Shown here: positions 1 through 7,873 of the stretch, in pieces
Layout of the letters: every line of letters starts with the position of its first letter
Position numbering within the stretch: position 1 is the stretch's first letter
NCBI GenBank assembly: GCA_035296085.1
Contig: DATHBP010000199.1
Span: 1 to 50,503, forward strand
Length of the DNA: 50,503 bases
Direction of reading: 5' to 3'
Source of the DNA: Nocardioidaceae bacterium
GTDB taxonomy: Bacteria > Actinomycetota > Actinomycetes > Propionibacteriales > Nocardioidaceae
Made by a program: the position numbers and the translations under genes
The notes under the pieces: model-generated
What the model was told of the DNA's origin: nothing
Databases searched by the model: none
What the model saw: the letters and a program-made list of their open reading frames with translations, nothing else

Positions 1-914
1 CGCCAGCCCAGCGTGTCGGCTATGCGGGTGACGTCGGCGACCAGCGCCGGCGGGTCACCGGGACGCCGCTCGACCGCTTCCGGCGCTATGTCGTATCCGG
101 TTGCACGGCCTATCGCTGTGAGCACCTCGTCGACCGAGGCACCCTCGCCGGTTCCCACGTTGAACGTGTCGTACGGGCGTGCGTCGCGGTCGAGGTAGTC
201 CAGCGCGCGCAGGTGTGCCTCCGCGAGGTCGAGAACGTGGACGTAGTCACGGATGCAGGTGCCATCGGGAGTGGGATAGTCGCGACCGAAGACCTTGGGC
301 TGGCCACCATGAGTGAGCTGGGCGAGTGCAATGGGGATGAGGTTGAACACACCGGGGTCGCCGAGGTCGTCCCAGCCCGCTCCTGCCACGTTGAAGTAGC
401 GAAGGCTCACCGACCGCAATCCCCAGGCGCGGCCCGCGGCGGCGATCATCCACTCGCCGACGAGCTTGGTCTGGCCGTAGGGACTGATCGGGTTGGGTAG
501 CGCTGCCTCGTCGAGCACGGCGCCGGGCGCCACGTCCGGCATCCCGTAGGTCGCCGCCGAGGAGGAGAACATCAACCGCCGCACGCCGGCGTCTTCCATC
601 GCCTGCAGCAGGTTGGCCGTGCCCCCCACGTTTTGGCTGTAGTACCAGGCCGGCCGCACCGCTGATTCGCCCACCTGCTTTTTGGCGGCGATGTGGATCA
701 CCGAGCTGACGGCGTGCTCGGCGAGGCCCTTGCTCAGAGTTGTCACGGACCCGCCGTCCGCCAGGTCCATCCGCAGGACCGGCACGTCGGGCACGCGCGA
801 CGCCGGCCCCGTGCTGAAGTCGTCGAGGACGGCGACATCGTCGCCGCGTTGCTGCAGTAGCCGGACCACGTGTGCCCCGATATAGCCCGCACCGCCGGTG
901 ACGAGAACTGTCAT
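1..914 (-). CDS. galE: UDP-glucose 4-epimerase (GalE-type NAD-dependent epimerase), C-terminus cut by the window edge
   Basis: Not in the ORF track because it is open at the edge. My minus-strand translation from the ATG at 914-912 reads MTVLVTGGAGYIGAHVVRLLQQRGDDVAVLDDFSTG (GxxGxxG Rossmann motif). Further on are ISPYGQTKLVGEW (YxxxK catalytic pair) and TFNVGTGEGASVDEVL. Confidence 0.85.
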   Translation of the reverse strand, partial: MTVLVTGGAGYIGAHVVRLLQQRGDDVAVLDDFSTGPASRVPDVPVLRMDLADGGSVTTLSKGLAEHAVSSVIHIAAKKQVGESAVRPAWYYSQNVGGTANLLQAMEDAGVRRLMFSSSAATYGMPDVAPGAVLDEAALPNPISPYGQTKLVGEWMIAAAGRAWGLRSVSLRYFNVAGAGWDDLGDPGVFNLIPIALAQLTHGGQPKVFGRDYPTPDGTCIRDYVHVLDLAEAHLRALDYLDRDARPYDTFNVGTGEGASVDEVLTAIGRATGYDIAPEAVERRPGDPPALVADVTRIADTLGW

Positions 915-925
915 GGTTTCGGAGC

Positions 926-1699
926 CTAACCGTCGGGTGCCGCCCAACCGGTCGAGACGGCACTCACGCGCTCCTGGGCCACTCGCGCACTCGCGCGTTC
1001 GGGATCCGGGTTGCGGACGAGAACGACCGAGCCGCCGGTGACGAGGGGTGCAAGCAGGGCGCTTGCGTAACCTTCGACCGAGCACGGGTTCGCATCCGTC
1101 AGCAACCTCGGCACCGCCCCCAGCCCGAGGCCCGTGGCGACGGCCGTGGCGTGCTCGAGCAGCTGGGCGTGCGTACGGACGCCGTCGGGCAGCTGCAGGG
1201 CTGGTGTTCCCGCGGTTACGACACCGGCGGGTGCAAACTCGTCGGGATAGCCCAGTACCTCCGTCGCGTAGTCAACGACACCTTCCGCCGGGGCGGCCAA
1301 CGCGCCACCCATCGGGCGCAGCGAGACTCCGATCGTGCGCGCGACTGGTCCGTCCCCCGCTACGGCGTCGGGGCCGACGACGACGTAGTCCGCGTCAGCC
1401 ACCTCGGCTTGCTCGAACGTCACTACGAGGCCACACGACCACGCGGCGCACAGCCAGACTGCGCCCTGCCAGTGAGTCGGCAGTGACACGGCTACCCGCT
1501 CACCGGGCTCGGCGCACAGCCCGTCCTGCACCAGGTGGGCGGTCTTCGCGACCCAGTTGCCGAACGTCTTCACCGACAGCTCCACCCGCTCGTCGCTGGC
1601 GTCGTCGTAGAACGTGACCAGCGGCCGGCTGGCGTCGGCCGCGAGCAGCGTGGAGAGGAGTGCCGGGACCGACTGGGTCGGTACGGACGGCGATGGCAC
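926..1699 (-). CDS. TIGR03089-family conserved actinobacterial protein (AMP-binding-like fold, function unknown)
   Basis: 257-aa ORF with a GTG start (VPALLSTLLAADASRPLVTFYDDASDERVELSVKTFGNWVAKTAHLV). This resembles the conserved hypothetical protein found next to the ManC-like gene in actinobacteria. The stop is 11 nt upstream of the galE start. Confidence 0.7.
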   Translation of the reverse strand: MPSPSVPTQSVPALLSTLLAADASRPLVTFYDDASDERVELSVKTFGNWVAKTAHLVQDGLCAEPGERVAVSLPTHWQGAVWLCAAWSCGLVVTFEQAEVADADYVVVGPDAVAGDGPVARTIGVSLRPMGGALAAPAEGVVDYATEVLGYPDEFAPAGVVTAGTPALQLPDGVRTHAQLLEHATAVATGLGLGAVPRLLTDANPCSVEGYASALLAPLVTGGSVVLVRNPDPERASARVAQERVSAVSTGWAAPDG

Positions 1700-2784
1700 C
1701 GGGCCACGATACGGTGCGCGACGTGGAAGCTGTGATCGTCGCGGGCGGCTTCGGCACCCGCTTGCGTCCGCTCACCGATCGCCGTCCCAAGCATGTGCTG
1801 CCGGTCGCGGGAGTGCCGTTTCTCGACCACCAGATTGCCAAACTCGCCGCCGCGGGTGTCCGCCGCATCGTCCTTGCAACGTCCTACCGCTCCGATGTGT
1901 TCGAGCCGACCTTCGGCGACGGCTCGTCCTACGGCGTAGAGCTGGTCTACGTCAGCGAGAGCGAACCGCTCGGCACTGCAGGCGCCATTCGTAATGCCGC
2001 GGATCACCTCGGCGCAACCGCTGATGAGCCGGTCGTGGTCGTCAACGGGGACATCCTCTCCGGTCACGACGTGGCGGCGCAGGTCCGCCGGCACACACAG
2101 GCCGATGCGGACGTGACGCTGGCGCTGGTGGAGGTGTCCGACGCCCGCGCGTTCGGCAGCGTGCCGACCGACGAGAACGGGCGCGTCACGCAGTTCCTCG
2201 AGAAGTCGGCTCACCCGGTCAGCCAGCAGATCAACGCCGGTTGCTATGTGTTCCGACGCTCGGTCATCGACGCCATCCCCGCCGGCACGGTCGTGTCGGT
2301 CGAGCGCGAGACGTTCCCAGGGTTGCTCGCCGGCGGCGCGCTCGTCTTAGGGCACCTGGACCCGGCCTACTGGCGCGATGTTGGGACGCCGGCAGCACTG
2401 GTGGGGGCGTCGTGCGACCTCGTGTGTGGACGGGTGACCTCGCCGGCCTACCCCAATCCGCCGGCGGAATGCCATGTGCTGACCGGGGCCGAGGTGGCGC
2501 CGGACGCAGTACTGCACAGCGGCACGGTCATCGGGCCTGGCGCTCGGGTCGGGGCGGGCGCGGTCGTCTCGGGCAGCGTCGTCGACGAGGGCGCGAGCAT
2601 CGGGCGCGGCGTGCACGTCGACGACTCCGTGGTCGGCCCTCGCGCGACGGTGGGGGAGGACTCGACGCTGCGGGGCGCTGTCGTCGGCGACGCCGCGCGG
2701 GTGGGCGCCAACAGCGAGCTGCTCGAGGGTGCCTCGGTGGGCTGCGCCGCTGACGTTCCCGCCGGCAGCCGGCTTTCCGGCTGA
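1693..2784 (+). CDS. NDP-sugar synthase / mannose-1-phosphate guanylyltransferase-like (ManC, Rv3264c-like)
   Basis: N-terminal nucleotidyltransferase motif AVIVAGGFGTRLRPLTDRRPKHVLPV. C-terminal left-handed beta-helix repeats (GARVGAGAVVSGSVVDEGASIGRGVHVDDSVVG). The start is ambiguous: ATG 1693, GTG 1714 or GTG 1723. The track start at 1660 would overlap the divergent gene further. Confidence 0.8.
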   Translation: MAPGHDTVRDVEAVIVAGGFGTRLRPLTDRRPKHVLPVAGVPFLDHQIAKLAAAGVRRIVLATSYRSDVFEPTFGDGSSYGVELVYVSESEPLGTAGAIRNAADHLGATADEPVVVVNGDILSGHDVAAQVRRHTQADADVTLALVEVSDARAFGSVPTDENGRVTQFLEKSAHPVSQQINAGCYVFRRSVIDAIPAGTVVSVERETFPGLLAGGALVLGHLDPAYWRDVGTPAALVGASCDLVCGRVTSPAYPNPPAECHVLTGAEVAPDAVLHSGTVIGPGARVGAGAVVSGSVVDEGASIGRGVHVDDSVVGPRATVGEDSTLRGAVVGDAARVGANSELLEGASVGCAADVPAGSRLSG

Positions 2785-2815
2785 GGCTGCCGACCGCCCG
2801 CACTTCGCCTGCCGG

Positions 2816-3289
2816 TCAGCCGACGAGACCCCACTCGACGAGGAAGGCGACGCCGCCGAGCACCGCGGCGAACCGTAGCCACCGGCCGACGAGCCCCGCC
2901 AGCACGAAGAGTGGGAGCGGCACCGCCAGCTGACCCGCAAGCACGCTGATGACCGCGAACGGTGGCAGGCCGACGAGCGCGGACGCGAACACGAGCCCGC
3001 CGACCAGCCAAGGACTGCCGCGCGTACGCCTTTGCCAGGTTGCGTAGCGGGCTTGCCAGCTAGGCGCCTCGACGCGCCGGCGCACCCAGCGCCAACGCAA
3101 CGAGCTGGCTCCGACGAAGTACCAGACGACCTTGCCCACCATCTGGCCGATCGCCGCGACGGCGCTCAGCGCCCAGATCCCCACCCCGGAGCCGAGAATG
3201 GCGACGCCACCGAGGTAGGCCTCTGCGTTGACGAGCGGGACCAGCGCCGAGACCACGCAGATGCCGAACGTCGAGAGGAGCAGCGTCAC
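2816..3289 (-). CDS. small polytopic membrane protein (DedA/VTT-like, tentative)
   Basis: This is the C-terminal 157 aa of track ORF 2816..3928; the N-terminal part of that ORF is Arg-rich off-frame material. A GTG at 3289-3287 overlaps the stop of the upstream gene (GTGA). About four hydrophobic segments (VTLLLSTFGICVVSALVPLVNAEAYLGGVAILG...). Confidence 0.6.
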   Translation of the reverse strand: MTLLLSTFGICVVSALVPLVNAEAYLGGVAILGSGVGIWALSAVAAIGQMVGKVVWYFVGASSLRWRWVRRRVEAPSWQARYATWQRRTRGSPWLVGGLVFASALVGLPPFAVISVLAGQLAVPLPLFVLAGLVGRWLRFAAVLGGVAFLVEWGLVG

Positions 3290-3966
3290 CCGGCGCCGCC
3301 ATGCGCCGAACCCCACCCGCCGGGGGTGGTGCTCGGTGCGGCCGCGGCGCACCCGCGCGGCAGCGGCAGTCCCAGCTGGGTCAGCCAGCGCGTGGAGACG
3401 ACCTTGAGCACCAGCAAGGCCAGGGCGATGCCGGTGGCCAGGATGGGCTGGCGCGTCAGCACCATGAAGACCGCGAACGCCGCGGAGTTCACCGCCTTGC
3501 CAGACGTCGACCAGTTCCATGCCCAGATGCGCCGGTCCACCAGGTAGAAGTAGTTGGGACTGGTCAGCGGCCACGCGAGAAACGCCAGCGACAGGTAGGT
3601 GTCCACGACCATGAACTCGAACAGGTAGATGCCGACCGGCAGCGCCATTGTGGGGTCGAACCATGCGAAGCCGAGGTAGAAGCAGGCTGCACACGCCCGG
3701 TCGCAGACGATGTCGAGGACGGCGCCCGCACGGGTCTCCGCAGACATCGCCCGGGCGAGCAGGCCGTCGGCGCTGTCGCCGATCCAGTAGATCGCCAGCG
3801 CCCACAGCAACAGCGATAGCGACTCGGACCAGGCGCCGAGCAGGGCCAGCGCCATCGACGCACCGGTACGCGCGAACGTGAGAACCGTCGCCGCGGTGAG
3901 CAGCCGCTCGGACGCCGGGCGTACGCACCCTGGGTGGCCGCAGTCAGCGAGTGCGGGGCGGCTCAT
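3286..3966 (-). CDS. CDP-alcohol phosphatidyltransferase family protein
   Basis: 226 aa with an ATG start. It carries the complete family signature D-x2-D-G-x2-A-R-x8-G-x3-D-x3-D in IGDSADGLLARAMSAETRAGAVLDIVCD, and has multiple TM segments. Confidence 0.85.
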   Translation of the reverse strand: MSRPALADCGHPGCVRPASERLLTAATVLTFARTGASMALALLGAWSESLSLLLWALAIYWIGDSADGLLARAMSAETRAGAVLDIVCDRACAACFYLGFAWFDPTMALPVGIYLFEFMVVDTYLSLAFLAWPLTSPNYFYLVDRRIWAWNWSTSGKAVNSAAFAVFMVLTRQPILATGIALALLVLKVVSTRWLTQLGLPLPRGCAAAAPSTTPGGWGSAHGGAG

Positions 3967-4002
3967 CAGGGCGATCCTGTCACCCGCGCGGTCCGCAGAC
4001 TC

Positions 4003-4776
4003 TCAGCCCCCGCTCGGCTCCGGTGAGTCGGTGTAGGGGTAGGCCTTCACGAATTCCGCGACCACCTCGCCGCTCACACGCTCGCAGTACTGCGTGATGC
4101 CCTGCTGGTCGAGTGCGGCAGCCCCCTGCTCCACATTCGCGTACCAGTGGGTGAGCGCGAGGCGCTTGCCGGGCGGGAACGAGCCCGGGTCGTTGGCCGT
4201 GTACGGCGCAACGATGAACTTCTTTGTCGGGTCAAACCCCGCCGTCGGGGCGAACCGGTCAGCTATTGCCTGCAGCACGCCCGTGTCGGCACCGTCGGCG
4301 GCGACCGAGTCGTCGTACCAGAGAATCGTGTAGCCGTGCTCCAGGTTGTGCACGAGGTGACCGAGCGGGGGCCGGCCGGACGGGGTGTAGAACGTCCGGC
4401 CGAAGGGCGCGCTCGTGGCGTAGTGCGGCCCGTACGCCGGTGGCGCCTGGTCGTAGGGGATCGCCGTGCCGTCGGCAACATGTTGCTGCTCGCCGGTGGC
4501 GGGGCTCTTGGTGACCGGTGAGCATCCCGCCTCGCTCGCAGCCACTCCCAACGTCTCGAGGTCAGCGCTTGCCGGCACGCCGCGGACGAGCAGGTAGACC
4601 GGGACTGAGAGCAGGACCAGCGCGGCCAGCACCCAGCCGGCCACGACAGCCATGCGGCGTTTGCGCTGCGCCTCTGCCTCGCGGCGCCGAGCGGCTGCTG
4701 CCGCCTCGCGACGCTTGCGGTTCTCCGTCGCGCCCGCCACGGCCACCCCGTTCGCTGCTCGAAGATCTCGACGCAA
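4003..4776 (-). CDS. DUF3105 domain-containing membrane-anchored protein
   Basis: Basic N-terminus, one TM segment (MAVVAGWVLAALVLLSVPVYLLV), then the DUF3105-type motif LVHNLEHGYTILWYD. The TTG start at 4776 lies 3 nt after the cofE stop; an alternative ATG is at 4653. Confidence 0.75.
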   Translation of the reverse strand: MRRDLRAANGVAVAGATENRKRREAAAAARRREAEAQRKRRMAVVAGWVLAALVLLSVPVYLLVRGVPASADLETLGVAASEAGCSPVTKSPATGEQQHVADGTAIPYDQAPPAYGPHYATSAPFGRTFYTPSGRPPLGHLVHNLEHGYTILWYDDSVAADGADTGVLQAIADRFAPTAGFDPTKKFIVAPYTANDPGSFPPGKRLALTHWYANVEQGAAALDQQGITQYCERVSGEVVAEFVKAYPYTDSPEPSGG

Positions 4777-4779
4777 AGC

Positions 4780-5850
4780 CTACGAGGGCCGCGGAGCGAG
4801 TCCCAGTATCAGGATCGTCTGCCACCCATCGACCGCTGCAGGCGCCGGAAGCCGGGACCTCGTCGGCTCCGCCACCACCCACCCCGAAGAGACGGCGAGT
4901 GCACACAGCCGCTCGGCGGCCGCCCCGACGGCGGTCGCCGAGGGCACGACGTCCACCCCGCCAGCCCGGATGCGCCCGTGGACGGACTGCGGGCCCTCAG
5001 GCCGCCCGGCGACACCACGCAGCTCCTCGACGGTGGGGTCGAGCTGCTTGGAGGCCATGGCGAGCAGCTCCTCGAGTGCTGCGGCTTGAGCGGGGAAAGC
5101 GGCCAGCGCCTGTGCGTCCGAGCGCAGTGCCGCTGCGCGAACTGCGTCCTGGGAGCCCAGCCCGAACAGGTCCTCCGCCGGATCGCGGACGAGGGCAGCT
5201 GCCCCGGGTCCGTGCTCGCCGCGCGGCAGAACGACCAACGGCGTACCGCGCAGCACCGCCACCGGCGTCGAGCCCGTCTTGCCCTTGACCAGGTCCGCGG
5301 CGGCCGCTACCTCGTCCGCGATCGCCGGCGCGGTCACCTGCAAGACGTTGCCGAAGGGGTCGTGGCGCCCCGCATGGTCGTCCAGCGGGGCGAGACCGGC
5401 GCAGCCGATCGCGATGTCAGTCTGGCCGACGCGCCACGCTCGCCCTGCGGTGTCGGTGACGACCACTGCGACGTCCACACCGGCGATGGTTGCCACCCGC
5501 TCCCGCAGAGCGCGGGCGGACGAGTCCGGGTCGAGTGGCAGCAAGACGACGTTGCCGACGTCGACGTTCGAGGCGTCCACGCCCGCCGCGGCGAGCACCA
5601 GGCCAGTCCGCGTCCGGGCGATGACCGTGGCACCGCGCCGGGCAACGACCCGGTCCACCTCGGCGTCGACGGCCACGTCCCGTCCGCCCTGGCGAACCCG
5701 GCCCTCGCTTTTGCTGACGACCTTGCTCGTCACCGCAAGCACGTCGCCCGAACGCAGCCGGGTCCGGGCGCAGATCATCGACGCGAGGTCGTCCCCGGCG
5801 GCGATGCGCGGGACGCCCGGGACAGCGAACACCTCGAGGTGCCGGCTCAA
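4780..5850 (-). CDS. cofE: coenzyme F420-0:L-glutamate ligase (FbiB/CofE) with a shortened C-terminal domain
   Basis: The N-terminal roughly 245 aa look like CofE (VFAVPGVPRIAAGDDLA...VTSKVVSKSEGR...GVDASNV...VVVTDTAGRAWRVGQTDIAIGCAGL). Only about 110 aa follow. The TTG start overlaps the cofD stop (TTGA). Confidence 0.85.
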   Translation of the reverse strand: MSRHLEVFAVPGVPRIAAGDDLASMICARTRLRSGDVLAVTSKVVSKSEGRVRQGGRDVAVDAEVDRVVARRGATVIARTRTGLVLAAAGVDASNVDVGNVVLLPLDPDSSARALRERVATIAGVDVAVVVTDTAGRAWRVGQTDIAIGCAGLAPLDDHAGRHDPFGNVLQVTAPAIADEVAAAADLVKGKTGSTPVAVLRGTPLVVLPRGEHGPGAAALVRDPAEDLFGLGSQDAVRAAALRSDAQALAAFPAQAAALEELLAMASKQLDPTVEELRGVAGRPEGPQSVHGRIRAGGVDVVPSATAVGAAAERLCALAVSSGWVVAEPTRSRLPAPAAVDGWQTILILGLAPRPS

Positions 5851-6830
5851 CGGCCGACGGCCCTGGCGAGCTCGAGTGCTGCCGTCGCCATCGCGGCGGT
5901 GGCCCCGACGTCATGCATCAACAGCGGAACGGCGCGGCAGGCGATGCCGGACCTACTCAGCTCCTCGACCACATACGCGTCGGCTGTGTCGACCAGCCAG
6001 CCGTCGAGAACTCCACCGGCGGCGCGGGGACCGTAGTGATGGGCAACGGCATCGGCGGTCGATGCCACCCCGACGGCGGGTAGCAGTGCGTCTGCCATCC
6101 CGCGGACGGGACGGTTTCCGATGATGGGGGACAGACCGACGACCGGCGCAGCCGTGCCACGGACGGCGTCGCTCACTCCGGGCACCGCGAGCACGGTGCC
6201 GATGGACACCACCGGGTTCGACGGCGCCAGCAGGCAGAGGTCGCACCCCGCGATGGCGTCGAGCACCCCAGGGGCGGGGGTGGCGTCGTCGATGCCAACC
6301 ACGGCGACCGAGCGTGCTGGAACCCCGGCGCGCATGCCCACCCAGTACTCCTGGAAATGAACCGCTCGACGCCCGGCCGGCTCCTGCGCATCGTCGATGA
6401 GGATGTGGGTCTCGACCCGGTCGTCGCTCATCGGCAGGATGCGCACACCGGGTCGCCAACGCTCGCACAGTGCCTCGGTGACGGCCGAGAGCGAGTACCC
6501 GGCAGTCAGCATCTGGGTGCGAATGACGTGGGTGGCGAGGTCGCGGTCGCCGAGTCCAAACCATGCAGGCTCGGCGCCGTAGGCCGCGAGCTCCTCCTTC
6601 GCGCGCCAACCCTCGTCGCGCCGACCCCAGCCGCGGACCTCGTCGATGCCGTCGCCGAGGGTGTACATCACGGTGTCGAGATCAGGACAGATCTTGAGCC
6701 CGAACAGCCAGACATCGTCCGCGGTGTTGACCACCGCGGTGATCTCTGTATCGGGCTGAGGGCAGGCCCGGAGCAGGCCGCGCAAGAAGCGAGCACCCCC
6801 GATTCCGCCGCACAGCACTGTGACGCGCAT
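5847..6830 (-). CDS. cofD: 2-phospho-L-lactate transferase (FbiA/CofD)
   Basis: Track ORF 5847..7205 trimmed to the ATG at 6830-6828 (MRVTVLCGGIGGARFLRGLL..., the typical CofD N-terminus). The upstream 125 aa of the long ORF run through the whiB promoter region and look non-coding. Confidence 0.9.
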   Translation of the reverse strand: MRVTVLCGGIGGARFLRGLLRACPQPDTEITAVVNTADDVWLFGLKICPDLDTVMYTLGDGIDEVRGWGRRDEGWRAKEELAAYGAEPAWFGLGDRDLATHVIRTQMLTAGYSLSAVTEALCERWRPGVRILPMSDDRVETHILIDDAQEPAGRRAVHFQEYWVGMRAGVPARSVAVVGIDDATPAPGVLDAIAGCDLCLLAPSNPVVSIGTVLAVPGVSDAVRGTAAPVVGLSPIIGNRPVRGMADALLPAVGVASTADAVAHHYGPRAAGGVLDGWLVDTADAYVVEELSRSGIACRAVPLLMHDVGATAAMATAALELARAVGR

Positions 6831-6905
6831 GGCACGGATCTTCGCAGCCAGTCCGTCGAAGACCTGCTGTACCCGCCAGATAACGCTATGTGAACGAACT
6901 AGGAC

Positions 6906-6935
6906 TTGACGTGACGGTAGTTTCAGGCGTGTAAT
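6906..6935 (+). promoter_or_regulatory. candidate sigma-A-type promoter for whiB
   Basis: TTGACG (6906-6911), an 18-nt spacer, then TGTAAT (6930-6935). It sits in a locally AT-richer stretch about 75 nt upstream of the whiB ATG. Sequence pattern only. Confidence 0.35.
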
Positions 6936-7010
6936 TCCACCTATGTCGTTGGTGTCGGCGCCGCAAACGCCGGCTCTAGGACGCCCCACTGGACGAGGGT
7001 CGAGGAGACG

Positions 7011-7277
7011 ATGACCGTGCGCGGACAGGACGTCTGGCTGGTCGAAGGCCACAACGAAGAGCTCAGCTGGCAGGAGCAGGCGCTCTGCGCCGAGACCGAC
7101 CCGGAGTCGTTCTTCCCTGAAAAGGGCGGCTCGACCCGAGAGGCCAAGCGGGTGTGCCTTACCTGCGAGGTGCGCGGGGAGTGCCTCGAGTACGCCTTGC
7201 GCCACGACGAGCGGTTCGGTATCTGGGGCGGGCTATCCGAGCGGGAACGCCGCAAGCTGAAGAAGGCCGCTGTCTAA
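7011..7277 (+). CDS. whiB: WhiB-family redox-sensing transcription factor (WhiB2/WhmD/WhiB orthologue by synteny with fbiA)
   Basis: 88 aa with four Cys in the Wbl pattern (C-x25-C-x2-C-x5-C: ALCAETDPESFFPEKGGSTREAKRVCLTCEVRGEC). GIWGG turn and a basic tail RERRKLKK. GAGGAG RBS lies 4-9 nt upstream of the ATG. Confidence 0.95.
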   Translation: MTVRGQDVWLVEGHNEELSWQEQALCAETDPESFFPEKGGSTREAKRVCLTCEVRGECLEYALRHDERFGIWGGLSERERRKLKKAAV

Positions 7278-7306
7278 GGTTGCGCTGCGAGGTATCAACC
7301 GGAACC

Positions 7307-7336
7307 GGGTCAGTCCGGGTCGGGTCAGTCCGGATC
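7307..7336. repeat. 15-bp tandem direct repeat (gggtcagtccgggtc / gggtcagtccggatc) across the stop of the 7325..7780 gene
   Basis: Read directly from the sequence: 14 of 15 identical, head to tail. Confidence 0.9.
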
Positions 7337-7780
7337 GACGTCCTCGGGCGGGCGGCCGAGGACGTCGGCTACCTGCTCGACCAGGACGTCGTAGACGAGG
7401 TCTGCCAGCTCCGCGGGCGAACCCGCACGCGCCTCGATCGGCCGCCGGAAGACAACGACCCGGGTCGGCCCGACGCCGGGGCCGACGACGACGGCCGCGA
7501 GAGCGACCGCCGACGTGCCGTCCGGCGAAACGGCCGGCGGGACATCTTCGACCCCGAACTCCACAGCAGCCAGGTCGTTCGGCCAGCGCGCGGTGAGGCG
7601 TTCGACGCCGGCAAGCACCAGGTCGTCGAACCTGGTGGCTCGCGTCGGGACGAGTTGTGGACCGTCCGGGGTCAACGGCCCGGGAAGAGCCAGCGGACCA
7701 CGGCGTCCACGGCCCCGCCGGTCGCGAGCCGGACTGGCCCTTCGGCGCACCGCCGGCGCCTCCACTGACGGGGATGACAT
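7325..7780 (-). CDS. Rv3259-like 'metallopeptidase family' (DUF1025-type) protein; no HExxH motif visible
   Basis: Track ORF 7325..8482 trimmed to the ATG at 7780-7778 (MSSPSVEAP...). The conserved core is PTRATRFDDLVLAGVERL...VVVFRRPIEARAGSPAELADLVYDVLVEQVADVLG. It occupies the syntenic position next to whiB and DUF3499. Confidence 0.7.
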   Translation of the reverse strand: MSSPSVEAPAVRRRASPARDRRGRGRRGPLALPGPLTPDGPQLVPTRATRFDDLVLAGVERLTARWPNDLAAVEFGVEDVPPAVSPDGTSAVALAAVVVGPGVGPTRVVVFRRPIEARAGSPAELADLVYDVLVEQVADVLGRPPEDVDPD

Positions 7781-7873
7781 GACCAAACAGTAGTAAGCGC
7801 GGCTGGGCGAGGACACGACGTGGCGCATGCCGGAATGCGAGGCTTGACGATGGAGAGGCGGTAGCGTCGCGCC

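Noticed and set aside
5847-7205. N-terminal extensions of longest-ORF calls: 5847..7205, 7325..8482, 2816..3928, 24762..25985, 13038..14642, 15225..17081, 26722..27120, 26918..27751, 29580..30731, 30481..32388, 40955.., 41629.., 42864.., 43591.., 44278.., 46826.. and 47655...
   Set aside because: The extensions run through upstream genes or promoters and have Arg-rich, non-homologous sequence. Each contains an internal start that restores the canonical family N-terminus, often with an RBS or a 4-nt stop/start overlap.
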